A DNA stretch of 64,000 bases from Eledone cirrhosa. Its lineage: Eukaryota. The DNA lies in contig OZ024748.1 in NCBI GenBank assembly GCA_964016885.1, positions 15,066,001 to 15,130,000 of the forward strand. The letters run 5' to 3'. Of this stretch, positions 52,288-64,000 are shown one piece after another (the first letter of the stretch is position 1; the number at the start of each line of letters is the position of its first letter). The notes below the pieces were generated by a model that saw only the letters and a program-made list of their open reading frames with translations, did not search any database and was not told where the DNA came from. The position numbers and the translations under genes were made by a program.

Positions 52288-53043
52288 GTATACATATATA
52301 AATATATATATGTATATATATATATACATATGTGTATATATACATAATTGTATATATATCTTATTCTCTCTTTTTCTCTCTCTCATTGTGTACTTCTGTG
52401 TATAGTGTATGTGTTGAGAGATCCATTTCAGAATCGTATCATATATTTAAATATAGTTGGTATCAAAAGTAAAATATAATGATTACTCATTATTCAACAG
52501 AGTAAAATCTGTTTTTATTTTTTTATTTTCTTATATTCCTTCTCTCAATTTACCAAACCAACCGCCATAATATCTACTATTCTTGAAATTCAACATAGCT
52601 GACCAATTACTTTTATTTTATATTTAGCTATAAAAAATAGTGGCTCTCAGACTTATTTTGTCACGGAAACCTTATATATCAGAATTATGATTGTCTGACA
52701 AATGACTTTATCTGAAGCAATTACATCATACAAGACTCATTTTAGCCATTCAAAACAACACACAGAAACTGTTAACTTGATTTTATATTTATCATTTATG
52801 TCAAAATAATTTTCATCACACTCTTTGTGACCGGGTCACTGACTCACTTCTATGGTAACTTAGAGGAAACTTACGCACAGGCGAAGTATAAAGAATAAAC
52901 AGATAAATAAATAACACCCTGAGATTCATAAAATTGGACAAGATCTCAGACCTCATTCGTTTAATGAGTGGAGTGGAACTCATCAAATATTTCCATTAGT
53001 CATTCCATTGCTGTCTACTGGTCACAAATACTGGCAGTATTAA

Positions 53044-53254
53044 CCCTTTAGCATTTACATTACTCCATATTTACTATAGTATTTTCATGGAAAAGGCTTT
53101 ATCTCAAATAATTATCCCACATAATATCGAATCTACAACATTTTGATATTATTTATTTTGAGAACAATACATTAACATAAATATGAGCAGCCAGTTTGAA
53201 TAGAAAGTGCTTGAGAAATTCATGCCAGACACGGCAGGTTTAAATGCCAAAGGG
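53044..53254. mobile_element. piggyBac-type MITE, 211 bp
   Basis: TTAA|CCCTTTAGCATTTA...TAAATGCCAAAGGG|TTAA; TIRs match 13/14. Confidence 0.85.
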
Positions 53255-54753
53255 TTAAACACTGGTAAATTAGTTATGTTTTTTTAAAACCTTAACTTCA
53301 GTAATTTGTGTTGGGCATGAGTAAGAATAAAATTTTGTTATAAAGGGTGTAACTATTTAAAAGTTTGTGAATCCTTTGCTCTAAAACAATGTGTTGTTGA
53401 GGAAATTTCTTAGAAATTATCAAATATCTGCATACATTACTGAGTATTGGACCTATTTACTATACCACTCGTGGATATTCCACTGAATTAAAGAAGTTGG
53501 AAAGAGGCAAGATGGTGTCAGTGTCGACATGTAACTGATAGGGGGCTTAAATTTAAACATGAACCCTTCAAAATGGATGTTTTCCCTTAGACAGTAGCAG
53601 TCTCAGTCAGGTTGTTAATCAAAAAAGTTTACCAAATATGCTGTTACTGTAATGTGTTGTTATCAGTGTGGTGTTTTATTGTTTATGTTTAATATTTTTA
53701 TTTAGTTGTATTCTCTATATCTTCCTTTTGGTTTGAGGGGTGAAGAGGAGGGGGCTGCATTTCCTCATCCCAAATACTTTTTTGATAAATTTGTACCAAG
53801 CAAGGTGCTTTATTAATGAAAGGCAGGCTAAAAATATAATCTAGACTATCTATATGTTACATCAATAATTCCTTTACATCTATGTGAGAGTTTGATTACA
53901 AAATGATTATAAACACCATCACATATAAATATAGTTCTGCATTTATCAGTGGGTGTTTAGTCATGCGTTAAGGTGAACAGCCGCACCCAGCTATAATGCT
54001 ACATGCATAGAGAAAAGCCAGCTAGTTTGCTAGTCTTGAACAAACTTAAAAGCATATTATGCATATGCAAGTCCAAACATAAATACACTTTCTCACCATC
54101 ACAGAACACACCCTCCATTCCATTCAAAATCACTCCCACATCACCCAGGATTGCCCTGTCAAGCTCCACTATACCTGTATTAAGCCCATGGCATACTTTC
54201 ACACCTATTCTCTCCCCCACATCACCACTTGAAATCCACACACCTGACATGCACATCAAATTTCTCACCCTCTCTTAATTATTTTCATTTACCCATGATA
54301 TATTTATCAGCTCTCTTACTCCTACCATCCTATTCCAACCCTACAACATCCTAGTGCCACAAACTAATGTACCCAGTACACCATGTAAGATGGCTGGTGA
54401 TAGGAAGGGCATCATGTTCTAGAAACCATACCATAAAGGGTCGAGAGAACACCACAGTTGTGTAAAAAGCACAACAAAGTCTCTACTATTAGTGATTTAC
54501 ACAATATATACACACAGTACTTTCTGTAAAGTGACTGGTGGTAGGAATAGCATTCAACATTTTATTATTTGACAAAACTGAAAAGTCATGAAGTCCCTCT
54601 GTTTCACAGAGTGCCATTCCTAACAACAACATTTTTATAGAGTGTACTGGGAACATGTTATCATGTCTCTCACAATTGATTGAAAGGTTACTGTGCCCTT
54701 GACATAACTGAAGAATCTTCTGAACATTTCATTTGGCATAGTTTATATATATA

Positions 54754-55627
54754 TCATCATCATCATCGTTTAACGTCCATGTTCCACGCTTGCATGGGTT
54801 TGGACGGGAGTTTTCCCACTTGAGGCAAGAGTGGTTGTCTTGCTCGCATAGGACTGTCTGGCGGGTTTTCTACAGCTGGATGCCCTTCCTAACACCAACC
54901 ACATTTACAGTGTGGGGCTGGGACGTTTTTACCGTGTTGCCTACACGGCCACATTACAGCGTGGACTGTGTGTTTTTTTGTCGTGACACCTACACGATCT
55001 CATTTGTTTTGGCCTGGATGTTGTGGCACCAACATAACTTTACATTGAAAGGGGCGGTGTGGATGGGGTGGGGTTAGTGGGACGGGGGTGTATTTTGTTA
55101 GAGGTGCCTACTGACTGTAGTAGGTTTTACTTTGTATTTAGGTAAGGCGGGTCTTCTCTATTACTGAGTACCGCCAAAGATCTCGGTCCAGTGACATTGT
55201 CTTGGAGAGGTGTAAGTGTGTGAGGTCAGAATTTATCAGGTCGTCCCAGGTTTTTCTGGGTCTGCCTACTCCGTGGCTACCGTCTATCTTTATTGCCCTG
55301 CACTTTTTTATACAGCTGTCGTCTTTCATGCGCATCACGTGACCATACCAATGTAGCCTTCTCTCGGGTAAACAACATCTGATCCCTCTTATTTCTAATT
55401 TTTTCCTTAGTTCGTTTATGCTTTGCTGTTCACGTATATTACTATTACACATCCAGCAGAGCATGCAAGCTTCGTTCCTCTCTAGTCTGTGTATATCCTC
55501 TGCACACAATGCCCAGGTCTCACTGCCATGCAACATTGCTGTTCGTATGCAGGCATCATACAGCCTGCCTTTCATTTTTAGGGAGAACCCTTTAGCGGCT
55601 AATAGTGGTATAAGCTCTCTGAACTTT
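54754..55627 (-). mobile_element. RTE LINE 3' fragment with complete 3' UTR (same family as 49811)
   Basis: MKGRLYDACIRTAMLHGSETW...RDLWRYSVIEKTRLT*, then UTR ending (GAT)n. Confidence 0.96.
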
Positions 55628-56365
55628 TATATATATATATATATACATTCATACACATACATAAACACAGCAGTAATTCTGTCCATGATTTTCCATTCTC
55701 TGAGTCTTATATGCTCAACTTAGATTGGTTTACCAAGTTAATTCCAAATTCGTAACTCACTAAACATTACCAAAAATAAGTTGTACATACACACATAAAT
55801 GTGCACACACAAACATACACTCATACACAGAGTTCATCTCGTAACGTGTTTCTATTTCTTACAAAGGAAATTCCATCTAGAACATGAATAGATTCCTTTC
55901 AAAGTTAGCAGACATCTTCCTTACACAGATACTTACACCTTTACACAGATACTTACTTATACCTTACACTCACACACTGTGGCAAAATTAGAAATTAATA
56001 TTAAAAAAGAAACACAAGAAAAAATAAAACAAATTAAGACGTTCATCATAATCTTTATGTTCGTCTCTGCATGCTATGTTGAATTACATAAACTTCATAC
56101 AGACATACATCTAAGACAACATCTGGAGTAACATTAATAAATTAAATTATCCCTGTTACTAAATCTCTGTGGGACAGATCCAGTGAAGCTTCAAAGTATA
56201 CTATATAGCTATGGCTAATAGCTATATAGTATATTGCTGCTGCTGTTGCTGGTAAACAGAGCCCATATTCTGCTTGACTATCAATCACACATGCACAACC
56301 TTACACACACTCTAACACACACACACATATATATATATATATGTGTGTGTATTTATATATATATA

Positions 56366-56710
56366 TCATTTCATCATCATCATTTCATTTTACGTCCACT
56401 TTTCCCTGCTTGCAAGGGTGGGACGGGAACTGATTCTGGCTTGATTTCTACAGCTGGATGCCCTTCCTAACACCAACCTCATTTACAGTGAGTGCTGGGT
56501 GCTTTTTTGCCGTGGCACCTCCACGACCACTTTGCAGTGGAATGATAGGGACCCCAGTCCCTATCATCTCATTTCTACAGCTGAGTAAACTGGAGCAATG
56601 TGAAATAAAGTGTCTTGCTCAAGGAAACAACACATCACCCGGTCTGAGAATTGAACTCACAACCTTTCGATTGCAAGACCAATGCTCTAACCACTAAGCC
56701 ATGTGCCTCC
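56366..56710 (-). mobile_element. SINE family A
   Basis: Reverse match to 19041-19385. Confidence 0.95.
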
Positions 56711-56932
56711 ATATATATATATATAATATACATCCAACCTATGCCAGCATAGTTGGAGGCTCCCTTCACACACACGTGTGCATTTTAAATGTAGGAATCC
56801 CAAACACAGTAACTGTAAAAACAGTTGATCATATATATATATATAAACATACATACATGCACATATATATAACACACATGCATACACAACAAATACAAAT
56901 ATGCAGATATTTGCATATTTTTCGATATACAC

Positions 56933-57657
56933 ATGCATACAGCGATGTTGCATGGTAGTGAGACCTGGGCGCTGAAGGTGGAAGACTTACGTAGATTAGA
57001 GAGAAACGAAGCCTGCATGCTCCGATGGATGTGTAACAGTAATATACGTGAACGACAAAGCATAAATGAATTGAGAGAGAGACTGAGCATAAGAGGAATC
57101 AAATGCTGTGTGCAGGAGAGGCGGTTGCGCTGGTATGGACATGTGATGCGTATGAAGGATGACAGCTGCATAAAAAGGTGCAGAGCACTAGAAGTTGATG
57201 GAAACCGCGGAGTGGGGAGACCCAAGATGACCTGGGATGAGGTGATAAAAGCCGACCTTACCCAATTACACCTCTCAAAGACAATGACACACGACCGTGA
57301 CTTCTGGCGTCACGCAGTAATACAGAGTACCCGACCTCCCATGGGTACAAGCTGAAGCATATAGACAATATGCCCCCACACCCCCCACCGCAAGGTGGTC
57401 GTGGAGGTGCCACGGCAAAAAAGCACCCAGCCCACACTGTAAAGTGGACGTGTAGGCGCCACGAAAAAGCACCCAGCACTCACTGTAAATGAGGTTGGTG
57501 TTAGGAAGGGTATCCAGCTGTAGAAATCAAGCCAAAATCAGTTCTTGTATGAGCAAGGCATGGTCAGCCGACCAGACACTGCCCACAACAGGACAACCCG
57601 TCTAACCCATGCTAGCGTGGAAGAATGGACGTAAAACGGTGATGATGATGATGATGA
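56933..57657 (+). mobile_element. RTE LINE 3' fragment, sister subfamily, with 3' UTR and (GAT)n tail
   Basis: TAMLHGSETWAL..RRLRWYGHVMRM..GRPKMTWDEVI; UTR 57356-57657 matches the SINE A tail. Confidence 0.95.
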
Positions 57658-58313
57658 CACACATTTACATAGTCACACACACGTATACCTAAAACAATGC
57701 ATAATATATCTTCACTATCTTCTTTTCTACATTAATGGCCTTTGCTTTTGAAAAAACAATCTGATACAAATTGTGTACAAGCTAATAAGGCATTTGTGTG
57801 AAAAACTCTTAAATATATATATATATATATATATACTGGGTATTTAACTGACACAGTACTTGGTCTATTTTGACAGATTAAGATGCTACTGTCTAGAAGA
57901 TATAAGATATAGAATACATTTCCTATTCCTTTAGAAAGTTACAGCAAAGTAGTAGATTTGTGCAAAGTAACAGATTTGTTAGGGCATTGAATTAAATATC
58001 TCAGTGGTTTTCAGTTTACTGAGCTTTGATTTGAAATCCTACTGAGATCAAGTTTAAGTTTCATCTTTTCAGGGTCAATAAATATGCAGGGGTGTTTCAA
58101 TTGACGAAATTGCTAAGGAGTCAGTATCTGATCCAGGTCTGTGAAATCTCAGTTTCAAATTTCACCTCTTTTTGTCTTTGCCAGGAGTTGTAACTAGCTG
58201 ATTGTATCAGCAATGGAAAGACCACTGAAAACATGGTCTCCTTAGTCTGATCTGATGATTAGCTTCTTTCCATTCCCCCCACCCCTTTTATATATCAGTA
58301 CATGAAGAGAAAG

Positions 58314-58619
58314 GCAGTGAATTGGCAGAGTCATTACAATGTTGGATATAATGCTTTACAGTATTTGTTTCAGCTCTGAGTTCAAATGCCTTTCATCCAT
58401 TCGAGGTTGCTAAAAACAGTATCAGTCAAAGTAATGGGGTAGATTCTTCATTTATATAGGTTTCTCTCTTCCATTATCTCACCCTGGAAGAAATCTGCTG
58501 TATTCAGACCTCGCAATGAGATGGGCTCCACCAGGTTTTAAAAATGCCCTAGAAATGCTCAATGTCAATACGGCATCCCTACATCTCCCCCAGAAGTTAT
58601 GTGTCAATACATACATGCA
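58314..58619 (+). mobile_element. SINE family C with a 15-bp target-site duplication
   Basis: tacatgaagagaaag at 58299-58313 and 58620-58634; B-type head and distinct 3' part shared with 3315-3470. Confidence 0.8.
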
Positions 58620-59400
58620 TACATGAAGAGAAAGTGTATGTCTGTATGATATATCCAAACACTATACCACAGCATAGCTGATATTTTGTAAGTTGAAAGG
58701 TATATCTGACAATGCATCCTACTGCTTTGTAATATACTGACAGGAAAGTGCCAGTTGAAGGGAAGAGAGATAGATGGAACTTATATCTTTCGCAAGAATG
58801 ATTCAAATTTATCAAAAGAAATTTCTGCTATCCATTCAAGATCTATCTTCAACATAAAATTATTCATCAGGAGTTTTAATATCAGAAGCTTTCATGATAT
58901 TAATTTGATGTTTATCAACTCAACTTTGGTTGTTTTCCAGGTCAAATTCCACAAAGTGAATACAGTTTCCAAGAGCTTTTACATAAGCTATTTTCAATTT
59001 AATGTTAAAAGAAATTTATATATATATATATATATATGGTAATTACAACATGAAAGATTCATTTTAGCCACTTGAAAAAAACAAAATCTGCTGAATTCAC
59101 TTTACATTTAATATTTATTTCCTGATTTATATATGTAAAAAACACACATATATTATACACACACATGTTTTAAAGTTCATTAATTAAAGTTTGTTAGTTA
59201 GGGACATAATGAAAAGGTAATCATAGAATTGACATAATTGTCATCATCATCACAAAAACCATCATTATCATCATCCTTATCATACACCAAATAATATTTT
59301 GACATTTATTTATTTATTAATAACTGAAAATATTTCCCTTTATATATATCTACATGATACTCCTTTTAAAGTGTACTGTGTGACAGCATTTTAATTTAAG

Positions 59401-59458
<58 letters not shown>

Positions 59459-59484
59459 TATCATTTACAGTTAATATATGTATG

Positions 59485-59543
<59 letters not shown>

Positions 59544-60279
59544 TAACTGAATTGAACTGTAAATGATTCAATTCCTGGTTGGCTGGGCAGTAGGTTGTAG
59601 TTATACATAATAATTACAACAGAGGCAATATAAATACAGTTAAAAATTGAAAAATGTTAGATTTTCAATTTTATCCAACAAATGACACAGTGTAATTACA
59701 TTAAATTAAATTAAATTGAATTAAGTTTAATTTAATCATAAAATAAGATGCCATAATATGAAACCATTTTTTTTTAAAATTATATTATATTTCTATCTTT
59801 TAAGTTTTATTATTGCTATTTTTTTTTTTATAAAACATTTCACTATATGTTCTAAAGGAAACTGTTTCTTTTTGATTTCAAATTATTTAATAATTCTTTT
59901 TTAATACACTGATGGCATACCTGAAGAGTAAAGTGAAAAAAAAAAAATTATATATTTTAAAAATAGAAGAATTAATTAGAATATTTTAAGTGGATTCATT
60001 TATGTGAGTGATGTATAAATGAAGTGTATTTCTCACTGAATAATGAAAACATAAATTAAAAATGGAATGATTTTCACAGGCGACTGTCTCTATTACAGGA
60101 ATGTAATACTTTGAAATATTTCATGCTCTTTGGAGAGAATATATTTATATATTTTAGAATTGTCCATTAACTCCATGATATAAAATGGGAGGAAAGAGAA
60201 CATAATTTACAAATATACAGCAGACACATAAAGAAGCATACATGTGTATGTGTGTGTGCATACGTGTGCATATGTATGG

Positions 60280-60495
60280 ATATAGATAAATAGATAGGTA
60301 GGTAGATAGATAAATAGATAGGTAGGTAGGTAGATAGTTAAATAGATAAGTAGAGAATTAGATAGAGAGGTAGATAGATAAATAGTTAGATAGATAAAAC
60401 AGATAGATAGATAATTAGATAGATACGTAGATACATAGGCAGGTAGATAAATAGATAGCTAGATAATTAGATAGATAAGTAGATAGATAGATAGT
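60280..60495. repeat. Degenerate (TAGA/TAGG)n microsatellite
   Basis: Visible tetranucleotide periodicity. Confidence 0.9.
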
Positions 60496-60690
60496 ATATA
60501 AATCAATTTGGCTTGGTTATTAGAACATCAGATATTTATTCCAGGTCTCTACAATCTGAGTTCAAACCCTACTGAGGTCCATTTACCCTTTCATAAGACA
60601 TAGAGCTTGTGTGGACTACTGACCTCTCAGATTAACAGGGATGAGAGGGAGGAGGAGGGCTACATGTCATATATATTCCCACATTTAAGA

Positions 60691-60984
60691 CAGACATGGG
60701 CAACCTTTTTTGAGAAGCAGGCCCCACGAGATATGGATCATCATCAAGCGGGCCACAAGCACTAATTTACATTCGTGCCCACATTAAAAAAAAAGGGTGG
60801 TAACTCAGGTTGTTTTGATTTGTTTCTTCAGAATTCGTACAAATTGTTTTCCTCGATTGTAAAAATGATAGAAAGATAAATTACGATTGAAAAGTTGGGG
60901 TAAAAAAAAATCAGAAAGATTTCACTTAAGTGACTTAGGTGATCCATTCAGAAAGCTTCGCAGGCCGTAGGTTGCCCATCACTG
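60691..60984. mobile_element. hAT (Charlie-like) MITE
   Basis: TIRs CAGACATGGGCAACC / GGTTGCCCATCACTG (13/15); 8-bp flanks atttaaga / ctgtaaga. Confidence 0.8.
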
Positions 60985-61323
60985 CTGTAAGACATGTTCA
61001 GAGCTCAAGTGTAACTACTGACCTCTCAGGTGAGCAGGGATGGAGGTGGGAGGTCTGCCTCTCACATAAATTCCCACATTTTGTTTGTTTGTTTGTTTGT
61101 TTGTTTGTGTGTGCTGACTGTTACAAAGTGTATACAAGGTGAATATCCACCACATTAAATCTTCTCAGTCAGGGAGACGCTACAAAATCCATTTGATCCA
61201 CAATTCCTTCCTCTTCCTCCTCCTCAACACCACCACCACCTCCTACTACTACTACTAGTACTATTTCTCTTCCACCTCCATGAGTAGGAGTTTGGCTGTT
61301 GGTATGTACATAAGGGGGGAGAG

Positions 61324-61359
<36 letters not shown>

Positions 61360-61686
61360 TTTTTGGTATGCGAGTGTATCTATGAGAATGTTCAGGGTGT
61401 GTATGAGGGGAGGGGGCAGTGTTGAATAATAAAAAAGGTGCCAAAGTTAATAATCCATTAATCCAGAAATAACTCTTCTCAAGCAAACAGAACTTTCACA
61501 ATTTGATTGAAGAATAACATACTTATTAATATATGTAGGTGTGTGTGCATGTGTGTGAGTGATTGTGTGTATAACCATATGAGTGCACAAGTACATAGAT
61601 GTTCCTGTAAACACATGTATAAGTGTGTGTGTGAATATACATGTATATATATCTACACACATATATATACAATTGTTTATACTATA

Positions 61687-62033
61687 TCATCATCATCATC
61701 ATCATTTCATTTTACGTCCGCTTTTTCCCTCCTTGCAAGGGTGGGACGGGAACTGATTCTGGCTTGATTTCTACAGCTGGATGCCCTTCCTAACACCAAC
61801 CTCATTTACAGTGAGTGCTGGGTGCTTTTTTGCTGTGGCACCTACACGACCACTTTGCAGTGGAATGATATGGACCCCAGTCCCTATCATCTCATTTCTA
61901 CAGCTGAGTAAACTGGAGCAATGTGAAATAAAGTGTCTTGCTCAAGGAAACAACACATCACCCGGTCTGAGAATTGAACTCACAACCTTTCGATTGCAAG
62001 GCCAATGCTCTAACCACTAAGCCATGTGCCTCC
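61687..62033 (-). mobile_element. SINE family A
   Basis: Reverse match to 19041-19385. Confidence 0.95.
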
Positions 62034-62711
62034 ATATATACTATATACTATATATATATATCTATATCTATATATATATATATATATATATCTATATGTA
62101 TATATATATATATATAGTATAAACAAAGTTTCATACACTTAACATTTATGTGCAACCATTGGTTTCAGGATCCAGTTATGGCCACCACCGTATATTGGAG
62201 GAGGCACTTTTAAACTCGCCTCTGTTTGAACACATGGATAGACATATGAAATAAGAATGAAACTTTGTTTATACTAAATAAGCTTTCTTGAAACAGATGG
62301 AATTTAAAACAAACAAAAAAAAAAGCATGCAAGACTATATGTTTACTAGGCTCAATTAATAACATCTTATATATCGTAATGTTAAAGTATGTATATGTGG
62401 TGTGGTAAATAAATATATACATCAAGTCCAAACACGATGGAACTATACTCCCACTGTCACTGCATCCATCTCTCCTGCTCTCCCCCCATCTTTCACTATT
62501 ATAAGCAAATGTATCTGGGCCCATGTGTTGGCCGCCCCGTGTCTTCAGCAGACAGAATAGAGTAGGCATTTCCTCGGAGGATAGTAAGGGTGATGAGCTG
62601 CAATAGACAATCCAGCTCACAAGGCTCACACCTGCTGGTAGCAAACTCCGTGCAAATGGTGGTGAGTTGGAAGGTGGTCCTAGGTCCAAGGGACACCAGA
62701 AGTCTCCATTG

Positions 62712-62751
<40 letters not shown>

Positions 62752-62837
62752 GTAGGTCCCGGGTCGAGTCGGGGATAACCACAGTAAGTAAGGTACTCAA
62801 TACATAGCAGAGTGAAATATATTTATTGTATAGAAGT

Positions 62838-62888
62838 AGCTTCTACAGGACTAGAACTGTTTCATTCAGATGAAATCTTCAGGAAGCT
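62838..62888 (-). ncRNA. Type I hammerhead ribozyme motif (copy 1)
   Basis: Exact reverse complement of 63293-63343. Confidence 0.75.
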
Positions 62889-63077
62889 GGGTGTCGTATT
62901 AAGTTCTGGTATTTATACATTTAGGTAGTGGTAGGGGGGGGGTAGGTTGGTATTTAGATACACAGGACCATAAAATGGCACAGACCGTTTTTTCTTTGGG
63001 GAGTGGTCAATTAGCCAGAGTGCTTTTTGTAAAATAAAAAGAAGAAGAAAAAGTAAATAAATAAATAAATAAATGAA

Positions 63078-63108
<31 letters not shown>

Positions 63109-63292
63109 AAATAAAAATAAAAATAAATATAAATAAAAACCCCAAGAATAGTAATTCAACAGATATATAGTAGGGAAATTTTTTTAGGGTGGGTTGGTAT
63201 TAGAAGATAAACAAGACCGAATCATGGCACAGACCATTGTCCTATAGTGAGTGGTCAAGTTAACATACAAGCTACAACTTAATACAGCACCC

Positions 63293-63343
63293 AGCTTCCT
63301 GAAGATTTCATCTGAATGAAACAGTTCTAGTCCTGTAGAAGCT
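63293..63343 (+). ncRNA. Type I hammerhead ribozyme motif (copy 2), predicted cleavage after GUA at 63337
   Basis: agcttc CTGAAGA t ttc atct gaa t GAA ACAG ttctagtc CTGT A gaagct: 6-bp helix I, CUGANGA/GAAA core, 4-bp helix III. Confidence 0.75.
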
Positions 63344-63354
63344 ACTTCTATACA

Positions 63355-63416
<62 letters not shown>

Positions 63417-63736
63417 TAGTATTTCAGAATAATATTAAGAGCCAAATGATATATATACCCAGCAAATACAAGTTTCTTTGTAGTTGATTAAATTATATAA
63501 ACATCTTCTGATAGGGGTCCAATTAGATCCGAAAATCAATTAAATGTGTTTATAAATATTTTTAGATTTAGATTTACAGTGAGATTTGTATTTTCTGGCA
63601 CGTTTACATGCCTACATATTAAATATATGTATATATTTATACACCTTGGTGCAGTCTCTGTAAAAACACACACACTGTATATTTATACATATATAACTTT
63701 ATACTCTTTGGTTGCTAGCGCACTTCTTAATAATAA

Positions 63737-63804
<68 letters not shown>

Positions 63805-64000
63805 GGAGGCACATGGCTTAGTGGTTAGAGCATTGGCCTTGCAATCGAAAGGTTGTGAGTTCAATTCTCAGACCGAGTGATGTGGTGTTTCCTTGAGCAA
63901 GACACTTTATTACACATTGCTCCAGTTTACTCAGCTGTAGAAATTTGATGATAGGGACTGGGGTCCATATCATTCCACTTTAAAGTGGTCGTGTAGGCGC
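63805..64000 (+). mobile_element. SINE family A, cut by the window end
   Basis: Matches 19041-19235. Confidence 0.93.

Larger units (their letters stand above)
62751..63363. mobile_element. Penelope-like terminal structure with ~88-bp inverted repeats, in (TA)n
   Basis: 62818-62906 is the reverse complement of 63276-63363 apart from about 2 nt; inner diverged direct repeat at ~62945-63010 / ~63192-63258; hammerhead in each arm. Confidence 0.8.

Noticed and set aside
62210-62800. 196-aa minus-strand ORF
   Set aside because: Runs through a (TA)n tract and unrelated repeat pieces; no recognisable domain

Overview
AT-rich, repeat-dense eukaryotic DNA that is intronic or intergenic. The SINE/LINE repertoire and microsatellite load suggest a coleoid cephalopod, probably Octopus (inference). 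No host protein-coding gene can be identified with confidence. Nearly all listed ORFs are microsatellite, minisatellite or antisense artefacts. The window contains at least three tRNA-head SINE families, often stacked, nested or inverted. RTE-clade LINE fragments include one with a reverse transcriptase (YADD) plus a PHD finger. There are 3' relics of CRE- and R4/Dong-type retrotransposons, an internally deleted mariner with ~100-bp TIRs, and TTAA and hAT MITEs. Penelope-like relics carry several type I hammerhead ribozyme motifs, including an identical inverted pair at 62838-62888 and 63293-63343. Tandem repeats include a 29-bp minisatellite and a 3.3-kb 48-bp minisatellite apparently amplified from a repeat module of the RTE/SINE 3' tail. 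A possible promoter with two ETS motifs lies near 27.5 kb, and there are a few low-confidence exon candidates. All alignments and folds were done by eye.
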